Assembly (NCBI GenBank): GCA_002633005.1
Contig: NMRA01000212.1
Coordinates: 1 to 64,000, forward strand
Direction: 5' to 3'
Length of the DNA stretch: 64,000 bases
Origin: Phoronis australis
Lineage: Eukaryota > Animalia > Phoronida
Below, one piece after another: positions 54,001 to 64,000 of the stretch. Both the position numbers and the translations under genes were made by a program. The notes below the pieces were generated by a model. The model had not been told where the DNA came from. It did no database searches and worked only from the letters and a program-made list of their open reading frames with translations. Each line of letters opens with the position of its first letter. Position 1 is the first letter of the stretch.

Positions 54001-57000
54001 CGTTTTTGGGCTAACAAAGTGTTGTGAAAACATATTTTGTACTTAGGCACAACGCCTCCATATCAAAGCAATTAAGGTGAATTGTCATCTTACCCTGTTT
54101 TGGAAGTGGGTACGGTATTTTGAAGTATTCTTCAAAATATTCTAAAATTTCGACTCCCGCTTTCAACGCGTAAGCTGTTTGGTTGATTGCTTCAGGTCTG
54201 GCCCACACTCGAACCTGAACAAAAGATAACACATTCGTGTTGTTAAAGTGACATTATCAAGATGATATGTATTTGAAATAAGCTTCGAAACAGATTCAAA
54301 CCCCCGACCTCTGGGGTCGCATTTCGATGTTTTACTAACAGAGCTATAGGTTATGCAGGACACTATCGACAAGTCTTTGTCTGTAGCCAAACTATAGAGT
54401 TTACCTCTGAGTAAAAGTATATATTTTCTGAAGGTAGAAATCTTGTAAAATCTGATTTTGTGGATATTTTACCAATCAGCCAGTCTCAGAATCTGTTGGT
54501 TCTATTAAAATCACAAAAACAACGGATTTTGCTACGGGTCTAGGCCGAGAGACATTTTTTGTACTCGAAACCCAAATTGAAATTATTTTTGTCAATTTCG
54601 TTTTAGTGTTGTGAGAACTAAAGATAAATGTTTGAGTTTGCACACATTTTTGGTTACCCGTAGATGACTGCACTTGATGAGCCCAGCATTAAATCTATAA
54701 ATTCGAGTCTGAACTCGAAATCTACAGATTTTACTCGAAATTTCGACTTTTTATTCGAATTTAAGAGACACCAACCACAAACTTGAATTAGATACTCATC
54801 AATGTAAACCGTGACGTAATCAGGTACAGAATACGAGACATCTACTTTCAGTTCGTAAAAAATACATTAACTTAAAAATGTCATTAAGAATTTCTAGTTC
54901 TATTTCGAGCAAAAAGACTGGAACCGGGTCCAGGGGAACGCTAAGTCTATCCTAACCAAAAAGGATCCCAAAATGCGTAGTTGTGGCCCTATAACAGATC
55001 GTTTCCTTTTGAAGACGTTCGAATAACCATTCCTGTAACTTTAACTGTAGAAATGACCTCTCGTTGTATGCAGTTGTGTTCCTGTATACCTTTCAATTTT
55101 GGACAAACAATGTTATTTATTGGACAGAACAAAACGTTATCCTACCACACGCCGCTCGCAATCGCAAAACAATTAAATAGTTACGCTTTTATCAATGAGT
55201 GACGCTGTTATTAAACAGTGACGCTGTTATTAAACAGTGACACTGTTATTAGAATTTTTCTACTTACTGTTGTGTTCGTTGAGGTGTTTCGCTCTACTGC
55301 AACAAAATCACAGACGATGAATGCCAGGAGATAAGTGGACATTTTCACTGTAGTTTCGTAATGGTCAGCAATCCAGCCGTTTCCTCTAGAACAAAGCGGC
55401 AACAGAAGATGACTCTGAACATTACGAAGTAACTCGCAGTTTGTGTAGTTGATGATCAATCCTATTTCGGAGGGAATGTCTATTTCGCCGCGGGGACCCA
55501 TTCTGGGTGACAGTAGTGTAGGATGGTGATGGTGGCGGGGCAGTCGTGATGGGTGGTGGTAATAGGTGGTGGTAATGGGTGGTGGGAGGTGATGGAGATG
55601 GTGGGAGGTGGTGTCGGGTGATGCTGGTGAGTGATGGTGGTGGGCGATGGTGATGGTGGGTGGTGATGGTGATGGTGGATGGCTGGTTTTGGGGGAGGTA
55701 GTGATGGTGGTGGTGGTGGTTGCGGGTGGCGATGAATATGAATTGTAACAACTATATGTACCCACCCTGTATTTAAATTAAAAAAAGTGCCGTCCAGTGC
55801 CCAGGTACTTATTTTCAAAGCAATCCCCAAGCAAACACATTTTCGAAAATAGGGTTGAGATTGTTTAAGGTAAACTTTCATCTATTTTATCAATTCTCAT
55901 CACCATTGCGTATGTATTGGCTTTTTACTATCAGTTCTTCAAAGTTAGAAAGCGCGGAATCCCGTGTCAAGAAACTGTGGCGTCTCATCATAATTGTTGG
56001 CGCACAACCACGAATTCAAACCTTATAACTTAAAAATTCAGATATTAAGTTTATTTTGAAAAAATGGCAACGTGAGAGCATCCTGAGATAATAAATTACG
56101 GTGTAACTGGTTAGCACTGGAAATCGTTTTGAAATGACTCGGAAGCTTATTTTAAAATCTTGCTTCGGGGGTACAAAATACAACTATTTATGATTGACAA
56201 CTAGTACGATCTTATAAATTTCAAAATGGTTTGTAACTCACATAATCTCGTTTGTAATTAGTTGGATTGCATTTCGCGCTTTTCGATAGCGTACCTGTCT
56301 TCTTTCTCCCTGATTGGCATATTTGAAATGCTGACCATGTGACTTTTCCTAACTAACGTAACCGTAAAATTTGATTTAATAGCTGGTTCATCAAAACACG
56401 GGAATGTTTTCCTGGCATCGGTCGGCTGCAATTGTGTTGTGGCTATATATCTAAAAACAAACACACCAAAAAATCAAAAATACAAACACGCAATATAACA
56501 GAACATGTGATCAAGGCTCACCTATTTGTTTCGACGAGCCGGGGCATATTTGATAGGCTAATCATCGTTGCCTTTCTCACGAGGACCATTTTGAACTTAG
56601 ATTTGAATGCCGGTTCGTCAAAACAAGGAAAAACTTTGCGAGCGAAAGTAGGAGCCAAAAAACTAGTTGCAATATGTCTGAAATAAAAAGGCACATTTTA
56701 AAAGAATATCATTGGTATTAGTCCTGTTGCTTAGGAACTGATGTATTTCACGAACATTCAAGTTTTGAATAAAAAATATTTCCCCATCTAATTGTAAAAG
56801 ACTATTAAGGAAATAAAATAATCTTTGCACCGAACGAAAAAATCTCATGGACCTTCAAATGTTGAAGGTTTAGAGCTAAATCTTAGACACTACAACAAAC
56901 GACGCTCGTTATCCCAGACTTAAGTAGTACCTACACTGTTTTATTGCGCTCTTTATCGTAGTATGAGCTCCGATAGATACCGGCGAGATCATCTGCTAAC

Positions 57001-57439
57001 CAACCAACAAAGCCTATCTTCAAAACGTATGTTTTCCCTGTCTCTAGAGCATTTCTCAGTGGCAAGACAAAAAATTGACGTTCCTTATCCTCAGTATAAT
57101 CGTCAGTCGTAATCAGGTTTCCTCCTTTTTCTTCGAAACTGAAGTTTGTTACGTTGAGCTTATTGATATGAACCTTGACCTCACGGGTGGGGGAAACACA
57201 AAGCAAATCGATCTCCACACTACCATTGAACGTAAAGTCTTTGGGATCTCCTTCATACATGTTTGGCTGCAACTCCACCAGATAATGAACAGGATCTAAG
57301 TCAGTTGGAAGACGGACATTCGTAACATTTGGCGGGCTTGTGGTAGAGGATGGCGCGTTTGTTGTAGAGGATGCCGAACCGGTTGAGGCCGATGCTGTAG
57401 GCTTAACAGTTGTGGTGTGGACGTCAGTTGAACATGGGC
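32872..57439 (-). CDS. ANPEP: Aminopeptidase N-like (M1 family zinc metallopeptidase), exons 2-21; its own exon 1 is predicted beyond the right edge of the window
   Basis: Manually spliced 20 exon positions (exon 3 present twice), all GT-AG and phase-consistent. Motifs: [102 protein letters not shown]. With the 271-nt exon 1 at 22685-22955, the CDS would sum to 3060 nt (1019 aa + stop). Confidence 0.95.
33374..33455 (-). CDS. ANPEP: APN-like exon 20
   Basis: [27 protein letters not shown]; 82 nt. Confidence 0.92.
34391..34531 (-). CDS. ANPEP: APN-like exon 19
   Basis: [46 protein letters not shown](E); 141 nt. Confidence 0.93.
35269..35436 (-). CDS. ANPEP: APN-like exon 18
   Basis: [55 protein letters not shown](R); 168 nt. 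Confidence 0.93.
35990..36330 (-). mobile_element. 3' fragment of an RTE-clade LINE with an internal ~55-bp tandem duplication (36205-36317)
   Basis: [43 protein letters not shown]...ARERDRWR resembles the RTE/BovB-type ORF C-terminus. Confidence 0.8.
36860..38150 (+). repeat. Non-autonomous DNA element, copy 1 (homologous to about 44540-45740)
   Basis: Shared blocks such as aatctcccgc.aggtacag, cgtagttttgatcc...ggagttgtgcgtct, ttcaccgaataattaa, cgaaaattcctaacagc. Confidence 0.8.
38562..38681 (-). CDS. ANPEP: APN-like exon 17
   Basis: [39 protein letters not shown](P); 120 nt. Confidence 0.9.
39181..39320. mobile_element. Short MITE (related copy at about 53342-53407)
   Basis: catgggcggcgcgcac / gtgctgcgccgtccatg TIRs; internal gggg..agcccccacttttt duplicated. 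Confidence 0.6.
39431..39510 (-). CDS. ANPEP: APN-like exon 16
   Basis: [26 protein letters not shown](Q); ttttag|...|gtaagt; 80 nt. Confidence 0.88.
39803..40016. mobile_element. MITE with CAGTGGCGGATCTACG TIRs (hAT-like ends)
   Basis: cagtggcggatctacg ... cgtagatccgcctctg (15/16 match); no clear TSD. Confidence 0.75.
40354..40504 (-). CDS. ANPEP: APN-like exon 15
   Basis: [50 protein letters not shown]; 151 nt. Confidence 0.9.
41176..41231 (-). CDS. ANPEP: APN-like exon 14
   Basis: [18 protein letters not shown](R); 56 nt. Confidence 0.92.
42255..42990. mobile_element. Decayed THAP-domain DNA transposon, probably Kolobok-like
   Basis: - strand ORF 42350-42667: MPLYC...[15 protein letters not shown]...[13 protein letters not shown] (THAP pattern). 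+ strand overlapping [17 protein letters not shown]. Confidence 0.7.
43175..43311 (-). CDS. ANPEP: APN-like exon 13
   Basis: [45 protein letters not shown]; 137 nt. Confidence 0.92.
44215..44306 (-). CDS. ANPEP: APN-like exon 12
   Basis: [30 protein letters not shown]; 92 nt, phase 2-1. Confidence 0.9.
44394..45790 (+). mobile_element. Non-autonomous DNA element, copy 2, with TIRs (left end at TTAA; Kolobok-like)
   Basis: Left aggttatctcaaaccttattc versus reverse complement of right end aggttagctccaaccttattt (18/21). Confidence 0.65.
46625..46806 (-). CDS. ANPEP: APN-like exon 11
   Basis: [28 protein letters not shown]...EQKHFLLDP...DPGF; 182 nt. Confidence 0.92.
47257..47322 (-). CDS. ANPEP: APN-like exon 10
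   Basis: [22 protein letters not shown]; 66 nt. Confidence 0.92.
48821..48886 (-). CDS. ANPEP: APN-like exon 9
   Basis: [22 protein letters not shown]; 66 nt, tcag|...|gtaagt. Confidence 0.92.
49529..49663 (-). CDS. ANPEP: APN-like exon 8 (catalytic Tyr region)
   Basis: [45 protein letters not shown]; 135 nt. Confidence 0.93.
50954..50999. repeat. 20-bp tandem repeat, about 2.3 copies
   Basis: (ggatcctgccctttttacac)2 ggatcc. Confidence 0.9.
51641..51754 (-). CDS. ANPEP: APN-like exon 7 (third zinc ligand)
   Basis: [38 protein letters not shown]; 114 nt; not in the ORF track. Confidence 0.95.
53530..53684 (-). CDS. ANPEP: APN-like exon 6 (GAMEN and HEXXH motifs)
   Basis: [52 protein letters not shown]; 155 nt. 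Confidence 0.96.
54094..54214 (-). CDS. ANPEP: APN-like exon 5
   Basis: [40 protein letters not shown]; 121 nt, phase 0-1. Confidence 0.93.
54292..54347 (-). repeat. tRNA-derived SINE head fragment
   Basis: Minus strand tatagctctgttagtaaaac...gaggtcgggggtttgaatc (A/B-box-like). Confidence 0.5.
55198..55251. repeat. 19-bp tandem repeat, about 3 copies, next to the exon 4 donor
   Basis: (agtgacgctgttattaaac)n. Confidence 0.9.
55268..55385 (-). CDS. ANPEP: APN-like exon 4
   Basis: [39 protein letters not shown]; ctag| ... |gtaagt; 118 nt. Confidence 0.92.
55520..55735. repeat. Degenerate (GGT/GAT)n microsatellite
   Basis: Seen directly; produces the His/Pro/Thr-rich ORFs in the track. Confidence 0.9.
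56295..56450 (-). CDS. ANPEP: APN-like exon 3b (canonical APN-type)
   Basis: ttttag|A TAT ATA GCC...[53 protein letters not shown]|gtacgc; 156 nt, phase 2-2. Confidence 0.93.
56522..56677 (-). CDS. ANPEP: APN-like exon 3a (tandem duplicate, putative mutually exclusive alternative exon)
   Basis: tttcag|A CAT ATT GCA...[53 protein letters not shown]|gtgagc; 156 nt, phase 2-2, no stop codons. Confidence 0.88.
56935..57439 (-). CDS. ANPEP: APN-like exon 2 (Ser/Thr-rich stalk + N-terminal domain)
   Basis: tttaag|GC CCA TGT...[21 protein letters not shown]...[21 protein letters not shown]...[17 protein letters not shown]|gtaggt; 505 nt, phase 1-2. Confidence 0.9.
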
Positions 57440-58301
57440 CTTAAAGAAACAACATTAAAACATAAAGATGTGCAACGCTAACAATTGTGTTCGTGACGTA
57501 CTGATATTTTGAAAAGGATAAGAGGGCACGTGGTGGTTGCGCCGCCATTGGAATAAATTAGTGACACTGAATTGAACTGGAGTTCAAACTACAAGTGTGG
57601 CTCATTAGTTTTTAGAGAAATCCACTCACCGAGGACTGAAATATACTCGTACTTTCACGAGGTTAAAACATGAAAAGAGTGTCATACATTGAAAGATATC
57701 GCCAGATCGGGAACATTTCACAAATTACGACCTAATCTGCATTTTCAACATCAACTTCATGAAAAGTGGAGTCCCGTGTTATTTTGCTGGAGCGTCGACC
57801 GAAAAGCGTGTGAAAATGGTATGGGGGTTTAAATACGATCATTTGGGAATACATCTTGACACTTTGCCTGAAAACCGTGATCTATGAAGTTCTTAACTAC
57901 AATGAAGCCGGGACAGTCTTTTGTGGCATAGTCAATGGTCATTGCATATAGTTAATTATGCTAGTCACGTGATCTCAGGCTTTCACAAAATGATAAAGAG
58001 GCAAGAAACCAGCCTCCCTTCACAAAAAAAACTTTTGACTGATACCACATACCGTTATGAAATTGGTCTAAAATTGGTCCTTTGTCAAATTGGTTCTTTG
58101 TCGATTGAATCGAGTACTCTACAATGTGGCATGTCACGGCGTTTTATTTTATACGCCGAACACGATGATCTCACACAAGGAAGCAACTGTCAGTTGTCTT
58201 AGCAACACCAGATATCAGTTCTCATCTGATAAAGGAACCTATTTTATAGCGGTAGGGTAAGTGATCTCAATCAAAAGTTCGCCTGTTGGACGGTTGATGA
58301 C

Positions 58302-58363
58302 CGACAGATGGCGCGGGGTTATTGGCACTTTAAAACGGAGCAATAACTCCGCGCCATCTGTCG
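58302..58363. repeat. 62-bp hairpin with 23-bp arms
   Basis: cgacagatggcgcggggttattg / caataactccgcgccatctgtcg (one mismatch). Confidence 0.85.
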
Positions 58364-58372
58364 TAGTCTGTT

Positions 58373-61300
58373 ACTTGTCCAATGGGTCAGACAGTCGCGT
58401 GCTTGTGTGAACTTTTATTGTTCCTTGACACACTGTCCCTGTTGGTCACCTTACTGTCACTGTAATCTAACAGATCTGTCAACTATTCCTTTTGGATCTG
58501 TTCACTACTTATTTTGTCTCAGTTCCCTAATTTTCTGCCTTCGGACCCCCTGGCATCCGTTTCGTGAAGGTGAATACACGTAAGACATAAATTTTGTCTT
58601 ACGCTCCACTTCTGTTGAATAAAGGTTTATTCAAGTAATTATGAGTGCATCACAGCCTAGAAATAATTCATGGAGATTATCTCAGTACCTCACGTCTTGT
58701 CCCATTGGACTCGGGGGGGATGTAATAGTTTGTAGAGAAGCCCCTCGCCCGGCCGGGCCATTTCCAAAGACTCGAATTATCCATCGAGTTTTATATGTGG
58801 GCATGTAGTAACTCCAATCGTTACAGCAAAGATTTTTTTTGTGTTTAGAGACGGCTAAAATCAAAGTCTCAGCCTAACCTTGCAGTGCGACTGTCATTCT
58901 TAATCCTAAGTCTGTCTCGTAGTGTAGTCGCTGTTTGCCTGTTGTTACCCGATGTATGCCGGCGCATTCGACGATATTATCCACATCTAATAGTAATAAT
59001 TGCAGGTACGAAACACATTCGAGGGCTAATTTGAGGCTACGGAAATACATGAGGTGTCATGGCTGTAAAAGGGTGTGCCTCAAACTAGGGTGAGTGTTTG
59101 AGCATTCAGGATATGAGTTTTCATAATTTAGTTGGTATTGTCTCAGGTAACCATTTATTAGGCCAGTAAGGTATTGTGCAACGAAAATTTCATGCCAAAT
59201 ATGTCTGCAAGCTGATATGAGATCCTAAATATCTCATAATTACAATGCATTTGGGCTTGGGGGGGGGGGGTTATTGCGAGTTTCATCACTGAGACTCAAC
59301 TTGAACAGCCTAGGGGACAATCAAACAATTGCAAGAGACTGCTCACCAACGGAATCCTACCCTAGGAGAGGATCCTTAGTTTACTACGAGGGGCGGGAAA
59401 CCTCTCTGCCACGAATCATTAGCAACGCACTGCTAAACCCTTTCGACCACAGATACCTCAACACCGTATTACCTGGACTGCAACAACGCACAGCCATACC
59501 TACTATACCCACAATTTTTAATGGAGATGACCAGTGTTTTGTGAAGAGTAGTGATGGGTTCCGCTTCCGTTTTACGTGTTCTACAGACCATGTTGAAGGT
59601 TCGATGAACACTTCTGTGGTGGCCATCCAAGACAATTGCGATAACGGGGTTTGACAATAACGCATAGGTACTCAATTGATTAGCGAAACTGCATACATTG
59701 TAAATAACAGTTCTTTATTACTTTACAACTTTCAAGCTTATGTATCAGTTAAGTACTCATAATTCGTCAACAGTTCCCTCCCAGTTATTGTCAAATGTAA
59801 ACGACTCTTGAAACCCAGTTTTTAGCAACCACAGCCTGGACCGCCAAGAACATTTACTGACACTAGAGTTCAATCTGTCATATTCAGATTGAATAAGATG
59901 GTGAGCCAAGACGGGAGAATGTTGTCTCGTTTACCTTAGTTACCTCGCGCTGAACCAGAGTGATTAAACGGGTCCCAGGTATGATTCGCCATACGCAGGG
60001 TGATAGCATCAGATTTTAAGAGAAGTCGCCAAGTTCAGCGTCAAGGAAATTAGGATTCAAGTTATAGTCTACTCGCCGTTTTGATTGAAAGGCCCGTTTG
60101 TTGAATGTTTGGTCGTAGTGTTAGCCCAGTTTTAATCACAATTTGCTGTACACGATGAAGTTTGAAAATTAGTCCCTTTTAACCTGTGAAAAACGTTGTT
60201 GGGTCAGTCTTTTATCACTTCATACTGAGAAAGAATTTTCTGGGTTAAAACCACAGATTTCAAAGGCTCTGCAGCTTTGAGGATCTGTTTACAAGAGACA
60301 GCCGAGAAAAAGGAAACTAAAGACGCAACATTACATGTGCAAACAAGTTATCGGGCTCATTCTTACAAAAATTATGCAGAAGAACGTTATCAAGTAGGTC
60401 TCATTCAGTAACATTTACATTTCATTGGAACACGACCCAAAACGGGCGTTTGGAGCTTCATTCTTGCTTGAAAGGTCCTTACAAGGTGAAGTTCAGGTAA
60501 AATCGCCAGTGTAAAACGAACGGACAAGGCGAGTTATTCAGCAGCCGTGGGACGTTCGGCCACATTGATCCACATGAACCACTTAGTGGTGCCGGTAGTT
60601 AAAAGCATTGTTTTAGCTGAACAATAAGTTTCTAACAGTTCTCAGAGATAAAAAGGCATTGTTTTTCCTTAACAATAATTTTGTAGTTACTTCTCCGAGA
60701 GATAAAAAACACTGTTCATATGTAACAGAGTTTCTGTCTTACATTAGCGTGTGACAAAAGTCAATCTGGGTTCATTCTCCATTAAAGTGGGCAATTCTAA
60801 ATTTAATATGCGAAAAATATAAGTTGTCTGTATTGGAAAAAATACTAAAGTAGGATTGTTATAAGTAACACAACGACAACAAACGTAAAGTTGGGAGCCC
60901 ATTTTTTACCCATTGGCAGATACGTTATGGATGGTATTTTGATTCCTGGATAACTGCATTTAACAAATTGTGGTAGGTTTTTCAAAGCTCTTTTAAGTGC
61001 CTTCCGATAAAATATGCTCGGATTGACTGGTTAATTTGAAGATTTCGCATAGATAAATTATCACTTTTTGCAGATATACGCTAATAGAAAAAGCTCACTT
61101 CATTCGTACTTATACATGCAATACGGGACTCTATCTCAACATTGTACGAGATACGTGGAGTGGGAATCTAATCTCCCTTGACATATGTCAACCACTTCAC
61201 CCCGCCGTTGTTTGTTCTTTAACTAGTCAATTTCACGTGCCTGGTGAAATATGTCTGTCAGAAAAACTTAGACAGGAACTCATTTTGTACAACGTACTTT

Positions 61301-64000
61301 GATAAATCTTTAACGTATCTATGAATTAAACTACGATATTGGCTATGTATGACACAGTTCATGATTTCTGAACAACCATTTCAAATCCTCTTTTCGTAAT
61401 CCCATTAACACTTTCAATGTACTGCAGTAATGACGTTCCCAGGCTCTCTCACAGTTTCTCTGACCGTGACTGATATCGTATCTACGAAAACAAACGCTTA
61501 ACAACTCTCATACTTCACAAATATCGCAACTCTTTTCAGTAATATCTGAAAAATTAATGACTTTGTTTCTTGAAAATGTGTGATGCTTTGGCACAAATAA
61601 GTATGCAATGGATATCATTTCAAAATATCTATATGTGTCCTGTGATGAGTATAATCACCCTCATTCGATACACTTCGTCATTTTCCGTACTATGGTATAA
61701 TGTACGGTACATTTTTTTCGTGGTTGCACCGGTTAGTAAATTTGAGTTTGACAAAACGATGGGATGATTTTGGACAATTGTTTTTCTATCCACGTTTTTC
61801 TGAATTGCGCATTTTAGTACTCAGAGACTCAACCTTAGGAATGAAATCGCCAAAACAGGACTCGCTTTCATTTGAGAACGTTTAGTGTAAGCAGGTTAAT
61901 CAGATTCAACTTTAGTATATGGTAGCCAATATAACACTTTAAGTCTTGAAGGACCCTTATTGGCGGTCTAAATGGGAGTCATAAATGTAAATGTGCAGTG
62001 CGGTACAATTAAAAAATCACAACTATATAGCTCTGTCTGTCATAGTTGAGCGATACAATAATTCTTCATGTTAAATTTTACTTTCCACCCAATGTTAACA
62101 ATATCTTGACCTAGATTTTAGCCTTCAAGAACACTATCGAAATGAAAGATCGCAAACATTTTAGTCTGGTCAGCACGCCACCTGTTGGCCCCACATCTCG
62201 GAACCTCGTGACACTGCGTCTGCACGGTTGGCAGTAGGTCCCGGGTTCGAGTTCCTGTGGGGGCAAAACTTTTCTTAGACTTACATTGTTTTTAGGTCAC
62301 GTGATGTGACCAACAGCTGGCGTGACCGGTATTTAGCTCACAGTTCCGAGAAAGTGTGTTCTAATCGAAAGTCACTCACACCTTACTCTAACTTTCTTGT
62401 TTTGGCGCGGAGGTAGAAAAGTGCATTGCTCGCCAACACATTCCTGTACCGAATCGGAAAAGTACATCGCGCCCCACAAAATTATTAAATTTCTTGTTGC
62501 CAGCACTGAAACTGACCGACCTTGCAACTTTTACTGGAATACATGAACAATGAACGTCGAAACAACTGTGGTGTAAGGGGATAGGCTCAACAGTGAGAAA
62601 TGTTCCCGGCTACAGACCCTCCGCCTAGTGGGTAAATACTGAAGTTATCATAGTGGCGCTGTGCAGTTTCGGCGTGACGTAGCTACTGTTACGTGGGGCG
62701 CATACTTAAAGTCCTGGTCTCAAACTGCCCATGTGATTTCAGTATCCGAAAATACTTACTTATTTTCGACACCCTTTCTTTATATTCTTTTCGCCTTTCT
62801 TGCCAAAAGCGATTTTTTAACAGTATTTGACCCTTCTCTGTGAGCGTATAATCCCGGCTATCATCGGTTATTTCCGTACCCACATTTCCGGCTCATCAGT
62901 TCAGGAACTTGCCCTGAACGCCGCCGTTTTTCCTTGTAACTGAATGTGCTATCGCCTGCTCGAAAAGTCTTCATTATTTTATTTTATCAGTAATATCTCG
63001 TGATTCGTTTGTGTGTGTAGTGTATTTATAGTTTGTAGTTAGTGGTCGTTGAACTTTTTGGAATGTTACGCGTACTTATTATGTTAAAATAGCATTAGTG
63101 TTTAGTTCCTTACGTAGGCGGTCGAACCTAAGAACCAATATTGTCGAACCAATTTTTTCGTTTTGTTTTTTTTTCTCGTTTTAAAAAGTGCTTTGCTACC
63201 GTCGGAAAGGTAGTGCTTTCTACTCAGTTAAAATCGAAAAAGTATCAAAATCGGGGCAAGCACTGTAAAATTATTGCAATTTTTGTGGCGAAATTTGGGT
63301 CACTTTGTTTGGATCGCGTAGGCCATATTAGAGGACAGCGGTATAAGTTACGAGTTTAAAACTTCGTGTAAATTGTTTTCTTAAATTACTTATTATTCTG
63401 CACGCTTCAACAGTGTTCACCAAACTTCAGCCTCGCAGTTGTTACTCATTAAGTGATAAATGTGCTCACAATTCCCGTTGGACTTTGTCTCATTTCTGGC
63501 GGCACCGACAACATGGCGACTTTTGATGAACAGGAGAGCATGTTCAACCTGTTACTTTGTAATTTGTGAAGATTTAACGTTGATACATTTTGACAAACGT
63601 TGCTACAAAAAAGGATCTTTGTTCAATTTTCGCGTTTTTGTGCAAAAATATAAGATAATTCGAATTATTTTACTGTGAATTTCCCACTCAGGTGATCTTA
63701 CACTTAGCTAAAAAAATAGTTGAAATGATTTTGAAATGGTTTTTTGTTTGACTATCAACTGCTGTTCAAGGCTTGATTAGGTGTCACAAAATGGTTCATA
63801 TTTTTTTTAAAATTTTAAGTCTCAATTGCTTTCAAGTCATGTTTTGTTACTTATTACTTCTTCATTCAGGTTATCAAGTCAACAATATGAATAATCTTAA
63901 TTTAAGAAATAAGCTGTTGGATTGTGAAGCTTGAAGCCTCCAATTCTTGTTCCTTGCAACTTCATATTTTTTTAATCATGCTTGTCAAATTCTGGTGTAA
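58373..64000 (+). repeat. Long direct duplicate, copy 2 (intron 1 of the APN gene)
   Basis: Starts acttgtccaatgggtcagacag, identical to base 1; ends tctggtgtaa = 5734-5743. Confidence 0.97.

Noticed and set aside
55211-55881. His/Pro/Thr-rich ORFs of 109-184 aa
   Set aside because: They arise from a GGT/GAT microsatellite; only 55268-55385 is a real exon.
59274-59665. 126-aa + strand ORF and overlapping - strand ORFs
   Set aside because: No recognisable domain, and the duplicate at about 880-1260 carries a stop and frameshifts.
62689-62883. Alternative first exon (phase-1 GTAAGT donor near 62760)
   Set aside because: No in-frame ATG, no signal or TM segment, and the duplicate at about 4500-4620 has indels in this frame.
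1-64000. Prokaryotic systems (CRISPR arrays, operons, rRNA)
   Set aside because: The DNA is intron-containing eukaryotic sequence; no repeat-spacer arrays or rRNA-like segments were seen.

Overview
AT-rich, repeat-rich eukaryotic genomic DNA; the repeat content suggests a marine invertebrate. A 13-N gap lies at 9602-9614. The main content is a minus-strand, multi-exon M1-family zinc aminopeptidase gene (aminopeptidase N/ANPEP-like). Exons 2-21 lie at 57439-32872, with intact GAMEN and HELAH-x18-E motifs and phase-consistent GT-AG introns. A phase-compatible type II membrane-anchor first exon (22955-22685) lies about 10 kb downstream of the stop codon, and bases 1-5743 are a close copy of 58373-64000. 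Together these indicate tandem APN genes about 58 kb apart and/or an uncollapsed haplotype. The most notable observation is that exon 3 is present twice in tandem: 56522-56677 (absent from the ORF track) and 56295-56450. Both copies are 156 nt, phase 2-2, open, and separated by only 71 nt. They differ at the S1-pocket and amine-anchor positions ([11 protein letters not shown] vs [11 protein letters not shown]), which suggests a mutually exclusive splice switch of enzyme specificity. The rest is decayed transposons (BEL/Pao, PIF/Harbinger, Penelope-like, RTE, Kolobok-like), MITEs, tRNA-like SINE heads and hairpins. Most short ORFs in the track appear spurious.
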